Shown piece by piece: positions 53,378-63,114 of a DNA stretch of 64,000 nt. The stretch lies in contig CBDCCZ010000044.1 in the NCBI GenBank assembly GCA_965215005.1, positions 96,001 through 160,000 of the forward strand. Direction: 5' to 3'. The position numbers and the translations under genes were made by a program. Each line of letters begins with the position of its first letter. Position 1 is the first letter of the stretch. The notes beneath the pieces were generated by a model, which saw only the letters and a program-made list of their open reading frames with translations, made no database searches and was not told the DNA's origin. Source of the DNA: Kofleriaceae bacterium (GTDB taxonomy: Bacteria > Myxococcota_A > Polyangia > Haliangiales > Haliangiaceae).

Positions 53378-55003
53378 GTGCGTGTGAGGCCGCCGCTCGC
53401 GCTCCTGCTGCTTCTCGCTACGGCGGCGGAACTGGCGCTCAACCGGCTTGCAGTGCCGGCGCTGCGTCCTGCGGGCGATGCCGCGCCGCCGCTCTGGCAC
53501 CGCTTGCTCGATCATGTAGGGCTGTTCGCGCTGTACTTCGCTTCGCTACTGGCGGTGGGAGTGCTTGCATGGGAGCTGTGGCGGCTGGCGCGTGGAGCGG
53601 CGCCGTATCCGCTGTGGGTGCGCGCCATTGTCGTGGCTGCTGGCATTCCATTGACCACGCTCGGGCTGCTGCTCATCGCGATCTCGCCCGGCGCCGACCT
53701 CAGCTTCATGCTCGACACCTCGTTTACGCTCATGGTGCTGGTCATCGCGTTGGCGCAGCTCACCTCGCGCGGCGAGCTGGCGGTCAAGGTAGGGCTGCTG
53801 CTACTGGCGACGCCGCTGCTGGTTCATTACTACGAGCCGTTCGCGCTGCGCTTCTTGGGCGGCGAAGAGGCGGCGTGGGAGGGGCTTCCGGAACGCGTGC
53901 GCCGCTATGGACAATGGACCATGGTCGTTGCGGCGCTGGTTTCGCCGTATGCGTTTGCGCCGCGGCCGCTGTTTCGCACGCTCGGGAAGCTGGCACCTCT
54001 CACAGTAGGCGCTTCGGTCGGAGTGTTGAGCGGTGTGATTCTGCGGCAACACTATGAGGTGGGAATGCTGGTGGCCTCGCGCGGCCTCGGCATCGATCTC
54101 GGTCCCGGTGCTCCTCTCGAGCAGGTTGCTCTCTATCTGCTCGCGCTCGCGACGATCGGCTGGACCCTCACGGCTTGTTTTCTGGCCGAGTCGCCGGCAC
54201 GCCGCGGCATCGGCATTGGCGTCGCGCTGGTTGCGATCGGCGGCTACGCGTTTTCTTGGCCGCTGCAGTATCTGGTGGGAGTGGTGGGACTGTTGGTGGT
54301 GGGCGCGGGCGCTACCGCGGTGGCGGCTCAAGAGCACGACGCCGAGGCTGTCGCTGCCAGAGGCCCGCCGGTGAGCGACGACGTCTGGAACGGCTATGTC
54401 GCCGCGTTGGCTGAGGCGCTGCGATCCTCGGGCAGCTCGGTGTCGGTGTTGACGGCACGTGGGGAGGAGGAGTGCAACGTCACCCACGTGGTCACCGAGC
54501 GTCGAGGCGTCCCGCTGCGCGCTCGCCTCGAACGCGTGGGCGAAGCCATCGTCGCCATCGACATTTTATGCGGCGAAGAGGTCGGCGATAGTGCGCCCGA
54601 CTTCACGCTGCAAACCCGGCCCGAGCGGCGCATCCATCACCCGCGTCACGCCCGCCATCCGGCGCCGCCGCGCACCGACGCACCCCTCGCTCGCACCCAA
54701 GATGCAAACTTCGATGCCCGGTTTCGCTGTCGTGATGGCGGCCAAGGTCGGCTCAGCGAGCAGCTCTTCGATGACGGCCTCCGCGCTCGCGCTACCGCCG
54801 TGCTCGATGGCTGGCTGGCGCTTTGGCCGGGCCGAGCGCTTCGATATCGCGTTCATCCCGGGGTTGGCGCGCCTCTCGATCATCCCATTCCCATCACCGA
54901 GCTGGCATTTCGCGGTGCCGCGGTTCCGCCTTCGGTTGAGCGACTCGTCACGCTCATCGACCTGCTGGTCGACTTGGCTTCTCGCGCAGGCCTCCGCACG
55001 TAG
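53378..55003 (+). CDS. Hypothetical polytopic membrane protein with soluble C-terminal domain
   Basis: About ten hydrophobic segments followed by a hydrophilic domain. Confidence 0.7.
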   Translation: MRVRPPLALLLLLATAAELALNRLAVPALRPAGDAAPPLWHRLLDHVGLFALYFASLLAVGVLAWELWRLARGAAPYPLWVRAIVVAAGIPLTTLGLLLIAISPGADLSFMLDTSFTLMVLVIALAQLTSRGELAVKVGLLLLATPLLVHYYEPFALRFLGGEEAAWEGLPERVRRYGQWTMVVAALVSPYAFAPRPLFRTLGKLAPLTVGASVGVLSGVILRQHYEVGMLVASRGLGIDLGPGAPLEQVALYLLALATIGWTLTACFLAESPARRGIGIGVALVAIGGYAFSWPLQYLVGVVGLLVVGAGATAVAAQEHDAEAVAARGPPVSDDVWNGYVAALAEALRSSGSSVSVLTARGEEECNVTHVVTERRGVPLRARLERVGEAIVAIDILCGEEVGDSAPDFTLQTRPERRIHHPRHARHPAPPRTDAPLARTQDANFDARFRCRDGGQGRLSEQLFDDGLRARATAVLDGWLALWPGRALRYRVHPGVGAPLDHPIPITELAFRGAAVPPSVERLVTLIDLLVDLASRAGLRT

Positions 55004-55092
55004 TAGCGGCTGCTCCACGAGCCTCGACTCGCGCAGCGCCACCGACCTCGACGTGTTCAAGCTTTGACCCCACGCAGCCGATTCAACGGGCC

Positions 55093-58000
55093 GTGTCCGA
55101 TCCCGTGCTCGCAGATGTGGTTGCTCGCGGCGATGACCCCGTAGCGATGCTACCCGACCTCGTATTACCGGCCGAGCTCGCGCAGCGCTTCGAGCTCCGG
55201 CGCCACCTCGGCGCGGGCGCGATGGGCGCGGTCTATCACGTCTACGACCGCCGGCGCCGCGTCGACCTGGCGCTCAAGACGCTCCGCAGTTCCCACGCTT
55301 CCGGGTTGCGCCGCTTCAAGCGCGAGTTTCGCTCGCTGTCGGGTTTGGTGCACGACAACCTCGTCACCCTCTACGAGCTGCATACCAGCGACGACTTGTG
55401 GTTCTTCACCATGCAGTTGGTACACGGCGGGGACCTGCTCGAGTTCTTGCGGCCCTATCGGCACCTGCTCGCGCGCGACCGCGAGTCGGGGCTCGCGCGT
55501 GGCAGCACGCAGGCGCGAGCGAGCGCGTCTGCCGATCCCGACTCGCTGCACACGATGACTGCGTTCGTCGAGCCTTCCTCGCTCACCGGTGCGCCGACGC
55601 TGGCGCTTTCGCCCACTCGCCGCGCGATCCGCGACGCCACGCTTCGCCTCGAGCACCTCAGGCCGGCGTTCACGCAGCTGATTCGCGGCTTGGCCGCGCT
55701 GCACGACGCGGGCAAGCTGCACCTAGACGTCAAGCCGTCCAACGTGTTGGTCCAAGAGGATGGCCAGCTCTTATTGTGCGACTTTGGCCTCGTTGCCGAG
55801 CTTCAAGACAGCGGCGGAGCCGATCGCACCGTAAGTGGCACGCCGCGCTACATGGCTCCCGAGCAAGCCGCCGGAGAGTCGCTCACGCCTGCCTCGGATT
55901 TCTATGCCGCCGGCGTGATCCTCTATGAGCTCCTCACTGGCCATAGCCCCTTCGAGGGCGATGCCACGGAAATGATGCGGGCAAAGCGTCGCCGCGAGGC
56001 GCCGGCGCCCCAGGCCATCGCTCCTGAAATCGACCCCGACTTGGCGGCGCTGTGTCACGCGATGCTGCTGCGCGACCCGCGCCTGCGACCCTCGGCAACG
56101 AACATTCTCGAGGCGCTGCAGGGTCGTCGCAGCAGTCACGTCAAGCTGCCGCTGCCGGCGCCAACGGCAGCGGGTCCGGCGTTCATCGGCCGCCACGAAC
56201 ATCGCCGGGTGCTTCTCGAGCAGCTCGAGCGCGCCCGTAGTGGTGAGCCGACGGCCGCCTTCGTCTGCGGACGCTCGGGAATGGGCAAGAGCGTCTTGTG
56301 CGAGGAGTTTCTGCGTACCTCGGTTACCGAGCGCGACGCGTTGGTGCTGCACGGCCGCTGTTATGAGCGGGCCGTTGTGCCTTACAAGGCACTCGATGCG
56401 CTGGTCGACGAGCTCACGGGGCACCTTCTGCAGCTACCGCGCGAGGTCCGCAGCAAGCTGTTGCCGCCAGACGTCGACATCGTCGCACGTCTGTTTCCAG
56501 TCTTCGAAGAGGTCCTCGATGGCGAGGTGTCCGCCCCTCTAGAAGGTGACCGCCGCGACTTGCGACAACGCGCTTTTGCGGCGCTTCTCGAGCTCTTGCG
56601 ACGCTTGTCAGCCGAGCGGCTGGTGATCCTGCACCTCGATGATTTGCAGTGGGGCGATCTCGACTCGGCGAGCTTTTTCACCGGCCTGTTTCACGCCGAC
56701 GGCCCGATGGCGTTGCTGCTCCTGGCGAGCTATCGCAGCGAAGAGCGGGACTCGAGCCCGCTGCTGCAGGCCCTGCTAATGCCCGATGCGCCGAACTCGA
56801 TCGCCGCGGCCGGACCCGAGCTCGAGGTCGCCGGGCTGCAGCCGGACGAGGCGCGCGAGCTGGTGCTGGCCGTGGTTGGCGCCGAGCACGGGTTTTCCGC
56901 GGCAACCATCGATGCGCTGCTGGCGGAGGCCGATGGGCATCCGTTCTTTCTCGCGGAGCTCGCCCAGGCGCGAGCGCAGCACGGCGCGGCATCGACGGCG
57001 CGAACTCTCGATGAGATGTTGGCGGCGCGTATCGCCGCGTTGCCTCACGAAGCGCGCGCGCTGCTCACGACCTGTGCGGTCGCGGGACGTCCCATGGCGA
57101 TCTCGCTGGTGAGCCAAGCCGCAAACATCAAGAACGAGCCGGCGGCACTATCGCTGTTGCAGGCCGAACGCTTCTTGCGCAGTAGCGTGATCGATGAGGT
57201 CGAGGTGGTCGAGCCCTATCACGACCGCGTGCGCGAGACCAGTGCATCGCTGATCGCAGGCGATGAGCTGCGGCATCTGCATCGGCGCATCGCCAGAGCG
57301 CTCGAGTGGGGCCAGGATAGCGAGCCGCACGCGCTCGTCGAGCACTGGATTGGCGCCGGCGATCGCCGCAAGGCGTGCCACTACGCGCAGCTCTGCGCGC
57401 AAAATGCCGAAAAGGCGCTGGCATTTGCACAAGCAGCGCACTACTACGGCGTCGCGCTCGAGCTCACCGCCGCCGACTCCGAAAGCATTCGCGTGTTGAT
57501 GGTTCGGCGCGCCCATGCCCTGGCCAACGCTGGGTGTTTGCGCGAAGCGGCAACCACCTATCTCGAGGCCGCCGAAGACGCCGAGCTCGAGCTCGGCCAG
57601 GAGCTGCGAGTCCGGGCTGCCGAGCAGCTGATTCGATTCGGCGATATCAAAGAAGGCACCCAGCTAGCGGTGTCGGTGCTGGAGAAGGTAGGCATCGCGT
57701 TTCCCAAGTCGCGCTTGCGAGTCATCGCTGGCGTGCTTTGGCAGCGCGCCCGCCTGAAGCGGCGCGGATTTGCTTGGGAGCCCACGAGCACCGCGGCCAT
57801 CGATCCAATGGTGTTGCGTCGGATCGATGCCTGCCAGGCTGTTGCCGGCGGTCTCTCCTTCGCGTTGCCGGTGTATGGCGCGTACTTTCACGCGCAGGAA
57901 ATGCTTTGGGCGCTCGATGCCGGCGATCCGTACCGGGTGGGCGTGGCCATGAACTTCGAGATCGGCTTTCGCAGTCTTGTTGGCAAGAAGGCACGCGCCG

Positions 58001-58965
58001 AGGTCGCCACGATCGTGACCGAAACTCGCGCGCTGGCTGAGCAGCTCGGCAGCGCCGGTCTTGCCGGCTGGGCGCTGGGCGGCGGCGGGGTGTCACACTA
58101 TCTAGCAGGCGAGTTCCCTCCAGCCTATGCCGACTGCCGCGATGCGGCGGTGCTGCTGCGTCAGGATGACCAGACCCACTTTCAGTGGCAGGCGCCGATC
58201 GTCGAGTGCTACAGCTACGCGGCGGCTATTTACCTCGGCAAGTTTCGCGAGCTCAGCAGGGTAGTGCCGGCGCGGCTGCGAGACGCGCTGGCGGCAAACG
58301 ATCAATACAGCGCCCGCAGCTTGCGCGCGTGGCGAACCAACATCGTGTGGCTGGCGATGGGGCAGCCCGATGAGGCGTTGCAGCAGGCTCTCGCCGGCGC
58401 GCCGCAGAATGACGGCGAGTTCACGCTGCAGCACTTCTACGAGCTCACCACCCGCGCGCAGATCGAGCTTTACACGGGCGACACGCAGGCTGCGTGGGAA
58501 CGCGTCGCAACGGCCTGGCGCAGAATTCGCCGAACGCTTCACCTGCGCATTCAAACGGTTCGAGTGCAGACGCATTATGTCGTAGCTTCCGCTGCGCTGG
58601 CACGTGCCGGTCAGCTCGAGAGCGGCGGCGAGCGACGCCGGCTGCTCGCGACGGCTCGCAAGCACTGCCGCGCGCTCGCCAAAGAAGACGCGCCGTGGGC
58701 GTGGGCCAAGTCCACGATGCTGGCAGGCCTCATCGCGTTAGCCGAGGGCAATCGCGACGCGGCCTGCGAGCAGCTCGCCGCAGCCGAGCAAGCCTTCGCT
58801 CGCGAGAGCATGTTCTTGCTCGAGCAGCTGGCTCGCCTTCGCCGTGGCCAGCTCATCGGCGGTGACGAAGGCAGTGAGCTCATCGCTACCGCACACGCGT
58901 GGATGGCCAGCGAAGCCATCGCCGAGCCCGAGCGGATGGCTGCCGTGTTCGCGCCCGTGCCCTAG
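55093..58965 (+). CDS. Ser/Thr protein kinase + AAA ATPase + TPR-like helices
   Basis: GAGAMG, ALK, HLDVKPSN, DFG, APE; Walker A GRSGMGKS, Walker B LHLDDLQW. Confidence 0.92.
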   Translation: MSDPVLADVVARGDDPVAMLPDLVLPAELAQRFELRRHLGAGAMGAVYHVYDRRRRVDLALKTLRSSHASGLRRFKREFRSLSGLVHDNLVTLYELHTSDDLWFFTMQLVHGGDLLEFLRPYRHLLARDRESGLARGSTQARASASADPDSLHTMTAFVEPSSLTGAPTLALSPTRRAIRDATLRLEHLRPAFTQLIRGLAALHDAGKLHLDVKPSNVLVQEDGQLLLCDFGLVAELQDSGGADRTVSGTPRYMAPEQAAGESLTPASDFYAAGVILYELLTGHSPFEGDATEMMRAKRRREAPAPQAIAPEIDPDLAALCHAMLLRDPRLRPSATNILEALQGRRSSHVKLPLPAPTAAGPAFIGRHEHRRVLLEQLERARSGEPTAAFVCGRSGMGKSVLCEEFLRTSVTERDALVLHGRCYERAVVPYKALDALVDELTGHLLQLPREVRSKLLPPDVDIVARLFPVFEEVLDGEVSAPLEGDRRDLRQRAFAALLELLRRLSAERLVILHLDDLQWGDLDSASFFTGLFHADGPMALLLLASYRSEERDSSPLLQALLMPDAPNSIAAAGPELEVAGLQPDEARELVLAVVGAEHGFSAATIDALLAEADGHPFFLAELAQARAQHGAASTARTLDEMLAARIAALPHEARALLTTCAVAGRPMAISLVSQAANIKNEPAALSLLQAERFLRSSVIDEVEVVEPYHDRVRETSASLIAGDELRHLHRRIARALEWGQDSEPHALVEHWIGAGDRRKACHYAQLCAQNAEKALAFAQAAHYYGVALELTAADSESIRVLMVRRAHALANAGCLREAATTYLEAAEDAELELGQELRVRAAEQLIRFGDIKEGTQLAVSVLEKVGIAFPKSRLRVIAGVLWQRARLKRRGFAWEPTSTAAIDPMVLRRIDACQAVAGGLSFALPVYGAYFHAQEMLWALDAGDPYRVGVAMNFEIGFRSLVGKKARAEVATIVTETRALAEQLGSAGLAGWALGGGGVSHYLAGEFPPAYADCRDAAVLLRQDDQTHFQWQAPIVECYSYAAAIYLGKFRELSRVVPARLRDALAANDQYSARSLRAWRTNIVWLAMGQPDEALQQALAGAPQNDGEFTLQHFYELTTRAQIELYTGDTQAAWERVATAWRRIRRTLHLRIQTVRVQTHYVVASAALARAGQLESGGERRRLLATARKHCRALAKEDAPWAWAKSTMLAGLIALAEGNRDAACEQLAAAEQAFARESMFLLEQLARLRRGQLIGGDEGSELIATAHAWMASEAIAEPERMAAVFAPVP

Positions 58966-60065
58966 CGTCCAGCGACGGCGGCGGGCGGAAGCTCGACGGC
59001 GGCGGGATCGATCGCAGGGACAAAGCTCGGCAGCGCCGAGCTCGGGCGAGTCATGGTCATCGCGGCCTGCGCTGGAGCGGCCTGCGTTGGAGTGACCCGC
59101 GTCGGACTTATCGCGGCCGGCGTTGAAGTGGTCGGAGCCGGCGTTGGGATCGGAGCCGGCGTTGAGGTCGCGGCTGGCGTAGGCGTGGTTGCCGTAGGCG
59201 TGGTCGCGGCCGCGGGGCTGCCACCGGTTGGTGCCGCGCCGGCCACGGCCGCACCGTCAGCGAGCTGCGCTGGTGCCGTCGCCACGGGCAAGGCTGCCTT
59301 TGAATCAGCAGCAACCTCGCTGCCGTCGTCTCCCCACGGCGTCTGCGGCGACGGACGCACGAACACGAACTCGACGCGGCGATTCTTTGCTCTGCCGTCG
59401 GCAGTGTCGTTGGCGACCAGAGGGCGCATATCCGCGTACCCGGCGACGCCGACGCGGTCGGGCTTCACCGAGCCGTTGCCGACGAGGTACCGCATCGCTG
59501 CGGTTGCACGAGCCGTGGAAAGCTCCCAGTTAGACGGGTAGCGCAGCGTGTGGATCGGCGTGTCATCGGTGTGGCCCTCGATCATCATCGCGTACGGCAT
59601 TTTCTCGGCAATCTCGCCGATGGCGTCGAGCGTTTGTGCACCGAGCTCTTCAACCTCGGCGGCGCCGCTGCCAAACAACGCGTGGCCCTTGACGCGAACG
59701 ATGACCCCGCGCCCGCTGAGCTCGGCCTCGACTCGATCATCGAGCCCTTTGCTGTCGATGACCGACTTGACCTGCTCGAGGAGCTGCATCTCTTCGAGCA
59801 CCTGCATCTGCTGCGAGGAGAACGTGTCGGAGAGCTCGATGGGCGAGGTCGACAGCGCCATGAAATCGCCCGGCGAGGCCGAGACCACGCCGAGCGCGTC
59901 TTTGACCGAACCAAGCGCCATGCGGAACTTGGTCACGTCCATGTTGGCGAACGATAGCAGCAGCACGAAGAAGGTGAGGAGGAGGGTGGCGAGGTCGGCG
60001 AACGTCGCCATCCACGCCGCATCACCACCGCCGCCTTCGTCATCATCTTCCAAATCCATGCTCAC
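58962..60065 (-). CDS. motB: Flagellar-type stator subunit with OmpA-like domain
   Basis: WMATFADLATLLLTFFVLL, IEGHTD, SNWELSTARA, NRRVE; Pro/Thr/Ala tail. Confidence 0.9.
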   Translation of the reverse strand: MSMDLEDDDEGGGGDAAWMATFADLATLLLTFFVLLLSFANMDVTKFRMALGSVKDALGVVSASPGDFMALSTSPIELSDTFSSQQMQVLEEMQLLEQVKSVIDSKGLDDRVEAELSGRGVIVRVKGHALFGSGAAEVEELGAQTLDAIGEIAEKMPYAMMIEGHTDDTPIHTLRYPSNWELSTARATAAMRYLVGNGSVKPDRVGVAGYADMRPLVANDTADGRAKNRRVEFVFVRPSPQTPWGDDGSEVAADSKAALPVATAPAQLADGAAVAGAAPTGGSPAAATTPTATTPTPAATSTPAPIPTPAPTTSTPAAISPTRVTPTQAAPAQAAMTMTRPSSALPSFVPAIDPAAVELPPAAVAGR

Positions 60066-60077
60066 GGGCGGCTCCCT

Positions 60078-60842
60078 TTACTTGCTCTCGGCGTTGGCGG
60101 TACGCGCTTTGGGCGCCAAAAAGCCCTCGAGCTTTTCCTGCACGATGCGGGCGTTCTCGCCCTTGAGAATCGAATCGAGCCCCTCGACGATCACGGCCAT
60201 GTTGGCGGCTTCTTCGGCCGAACGGTGGCCGAGCTTTTCCGCGATCGGGGTGCAAATGACGAATGCCAATATGGCGCCGTACAAGGTGGTGAGCAGCGCC
60301 ACCGCCATCGCCGGTCCGATTGCCGACGGATCATCGAGCGCCTGGAGCATCTGCACGAGGCCGATGAGCGTGCCGATCATGCCCATCGAGGGGCCGCTCG
60401 CCGCCGCGAAGCGAAACATCTGCGCGCCGCGCTTATGCCGCGCTTTGAGCGCGATGAGCTCCGCCCGCATCGTTGCTTGGACCTCGTCGGGAGGAATGCC
60501 GTCCACCGCCAGTCGCACACCTTTGGCCAGGAACGGATTTTCAATCGTCTGATTTTCGAGCGCGAGGAGGCCTTCCTTACGAACCACCACCGCGAGGTCA
60601 GCGATGAGCTTGATGGTGTCCTCGATGTGCGGGCTCTTGTTGAAGAACGCATTCATCGCGACCTTGAAGCCGTTGATCACGTTGGGCAGCTTCTCGGCCA
60701 TCAACGTCACGCAGGCGGTGCCGCCGAACACGATGATCATGCTGGCGGGGTCGATGAACGACGAGAGTGGGCTGCCGATCATGATCGCGACGAGAATCAT
60801 CGCCAGCCCGAGAACAAAACCTACGACGGTACCGATATCCAT
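60078..60842 (-). CDS. motA: Flagellar-type stator subunit (MotA/PomA)
   Basis: MDIGTVVG, RKEGLLALE, LAVDG, GMIGTLIGLVQML, AVALLTTLYG. Confidence 0.92.
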   Translation of the reverse strand: MDIGTVVGFVLGLAMILVAIMIGSPLSSFIDPASMIIVFGGTACVTLMAEKLPNVINGFKVAMNAFFNKSPHIEDTIKLIADLAVVVRKEGLLALENQTIENPFLAKGVRLAVDGIPPDEVQATMRAELIALKARHKRGAQMFRFAAASGPSMGMIGTLIGLVQMLQALDDPSAIGPAMAVALLTTLYGAILAFVICTPIAEKLGHRSAEEAANMAVIVEGLDSILKGENARIVQEKLEGFLAPKARTANAESK

Positions 60843-60938
60843 GGTTGCCTCTTGCCCAGCTTGGATCGGCCACTTGCGGCATTCTTTTAGCGGGTGAGTC
60901 TTTGCCCACTGCCGGCACCGACGTACGATGCTTCCTCA

Positions 60939-62441
60939 ATGAGCTGCCGCCAACGCATCGCCTCTTTGCTGCTGCTCGTCGTCGCAAGCTGCGGCGGCGC
61001 CCCGCGCGCTCCTACCTCTACGAACAACTCGTCACCACCACCCACTATGACCAACTCGTCACCACCACCCACGCCGACGTCTGCCCAGGCTCCGGTAGCA
61101 ACGCCTTGGGCCGATGCCTATCGAGCCTCGGCTTCGCGCATCATCGCCGCCGCCACGGCAAACGATGCCGCGTATCAGAAGCTCGCCTACCTCTCCGACC
61201 ATATCGGCGCTCGACTCAGCGGCTCTGAAGAGCTCGAGCGAGCGCTCGCGTGGGCTCTCGAGACTCTAAAAGCCGATGGCCATGAAAACGTCGCCCGGCA
61301 GGACGTGATGGTTCCGCATTGGGTGCGCGGCCAAGAATCGGCGGAGCTCCTCACTCCGGTGCGCACGCCGCTGCACGTGCTCGGGCTTGGAATGGCCGTT
61401 GGCACCGGCCCGCAAGGCATCACCAGCGAGGTGGTCGTGGTCGATAGTTGGCAAGCGCTCGAGGCGTTGGGCGAGGCTGCCAAGGGCAAAGTCGTGCTGT
61501 TCAACACGCCGATGCCGGCGCACGACGGAGACAACGCCGATGCCGGCTACGAGAAGGTCGTTGACTATCGCGTCATCGGCCCGTCGGCCGCCGCCAAGCT
61601 CGGCGCTCGCGCCGCGCTCATCCGTTCCGTCACCACTCATAGCCTGCGCTCCCCGCACACCGGAACGCTCTTCTATAAAGAAGGAGCGCCGAAGATCCCA
61701 GCGTTTGCAGTCGCTACGGAAGACGCAGACCTGATCGCTCGCCTAGCCGCCGAAGGACCGGTGAGCGTGCGGTTGCGCTCGACCGCGAAGCTTCTTCCCG
61801 AGGCTCGTTCGGGCAATGTCATCGCCGAGCTGCGCGGACGCGAGCGACCCGAGGAGGTCGTGGTGTTGGCGGCGCACATCGACTCGTGGGACGTGGGGCA
61901 GGGCGCGCACGATGACGGCGCCGGAGTGGTCATCATGATGCAGGCGCTATCGGTGTTGCGAGCGCTGGGACTCGAGCCGAGGCGCACGATTCGCGTCGTG
62001 CTCTACACCAACGAAGAAAACGGCAGCCGCGGCGCTGCCGGCTACGTCGCCGCTCATGAAGACGAGCTCGCGAGCCACGTCATGGCGATCGAATCCGACG
62101 GTGGCGGTTTCGCGTGGCAAGGCTTTCTCGTTCAGGATCATCCGCAGGCGGAGGTCGAGCTGCGGGATCTCGTCACGCTGCTGGGCGAGCTCGGGCCGGC
62201 CAAGGTGAAGGCTGGCTATTCAGGCGCGGATATCCAGCTGCTCGCCAAGCGTGGTATTCCCACGCTCGGTCTCTGGGTCGACACCTCCACCTACTTCGAT
62301 ATCCACCACACCCATGCCGACACTCTCGACAAGGTCGATCCGCAAGACCTGGCGCGAAACGTGGCGGCGGTGGCGGTGCTTGCCTTTGCAGTCGCCGATC
62401 GCCCCGATCGTTTGGGAGGCGAGCCCGCAGCGCGTAAGTGA
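60939..62441 (+). CDS. M28-family peptidase (carboxypeptidase Q-like) lipoprotein
   Basis: VASC lipobox, AHIDSWD, DDGAG, NEENG, ESD, HHTHAD. Confidence 0.9.
   Translation: MSCRQRIASLLLLVVASCGGAPRAPTSTNNSSPPPTMTNSSPPPTPTSAQAPVATPWADAYRASASRIIAAATANDAAYQKLAYLSDHIGARLSGSEELERALAWALETLKADGHENVARQDVMVPHWVRGQESAELLTPVRTPLHVLGLGMAVGTGPQGITSEVVVVDSWQALEALGEAAKGKVVLFNTPMPAHDGDNADAGYEKVVDYRVIGPSAAAKLGARAALIRSVTTHSLRSPHTGTLFYKEGAPKIPAFAVATEDADLIARLAAEGPVSVRLRSTAKLLPEARSGNVIAELRGRERPEEVVVLAAHIDSWDVGQGAHDDGAGVVIMMQALSVLRALGLEPRRTIRVVLYTNEENGSRGAAGYVAAHEDELASHVMAIESDGGGFAWQGFLVQDHPQAEVELRDLVTLLGELGPAKVKAGYSGADIQLLAKRGIPTLGLWVDTSTYFDIHHTHADTLDKVDPQDLARNVAAVAVLAFAVADRPDRLGGEPAARK
61020..61073 (+). repeat. 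27-bp tandem duplication in peptidase linker
   Basis: ACGAACAACTCGTCACCACCACCCACT / ATGACCAACTCGTCACCACCACCCACG. Confidence 0.85.
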
Positions 62442-63001
62442 AGTCGCTGCTTCTCCACGGGCTCCCGCAACTCGCTCGGCTGCTCGGCAAGCCGCTGCAG
62501 GAATCAGCGTTGTTGGCGCCCGCCGATGCGATCGTGGTGCTCGGGTCGCCGCCGCGCCCCGATGGCCGCCCCACGCTGGTGCTCGGCGAGCGCGTGGCGG
62601 CAGCATGTGAGCTCTTTGCACGAGGTGTGGCGCCGCTGGTGTGCGTCACCGGCGGCGGCCTGGCCGGTCGTAACGAAGCCGACGCCATGGCCGCGGCGGC
62701 GCGTGCGCGCGGGATTCCAGACGCCGCGCTGCTGCTCGAGCGCCGCGCCACCAATACGCTGGAAAACGCGCGTCTGTGCGCGCCACTGCTCCGCGCTCGG
62801 GGAGTGCGTTCGCTGTGGGTGGTGACGCAGCCATTTCATACGCGCCGCGCTGCGTATTGCTTTCGTCGCCAAGGCTTCGAGGTTCGCGCCTGGCACATCG
62901 AGGGCCTTCAGCAACGCAGCCCTCGCAGCGCTATGCGTTGGCAGCTGCGTGAGTACGCCGCTTGGCTCGTCCTCGGGGTACGCATCGTCCTCGCCGGGTA
63001 A
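62438..63001 (+). CDS. YdcF/DUF218 family protein
   Basis: DAIVVLG, VTGG, ATNTLENA, VTQPFHTRRA. Confidence 0.9.
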   Translation: MKSLLLHGLPQLARLLGKPLQESALLAPADAIVVLGSPPRPDGRPTLVLGERVAAACELFARGVAPLVCVTGGGLAGRNEADAMAAAARARGIPDAALLLERRATNTLENARLCAPLLRARGVRSLWVVTQPFHTRRAAYCFRRQGFEVRAWHIEGLQQRSPRSAMRWQLREYAAWLVLGVRIVLAG

Positions 63002-63114
63002 TCCGTCGCGTCATCGCCTTGGCAGCGGTCGGGAGCGCCTTCTGCATGCGGGGTTGCGCATCGGGGGATTCAGCGAGAAGCTCAGCGCTTGCCTGCAATC
63101 TGCGTGAGAGGCTC

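Noticed and set aside
58962..60842. Zorya ZorA/ZorB interpretation
   Set aside because: The A subunit is 254 aa with flagellar motifs and no long ZorA tail; no zorC/D/E neighbours.
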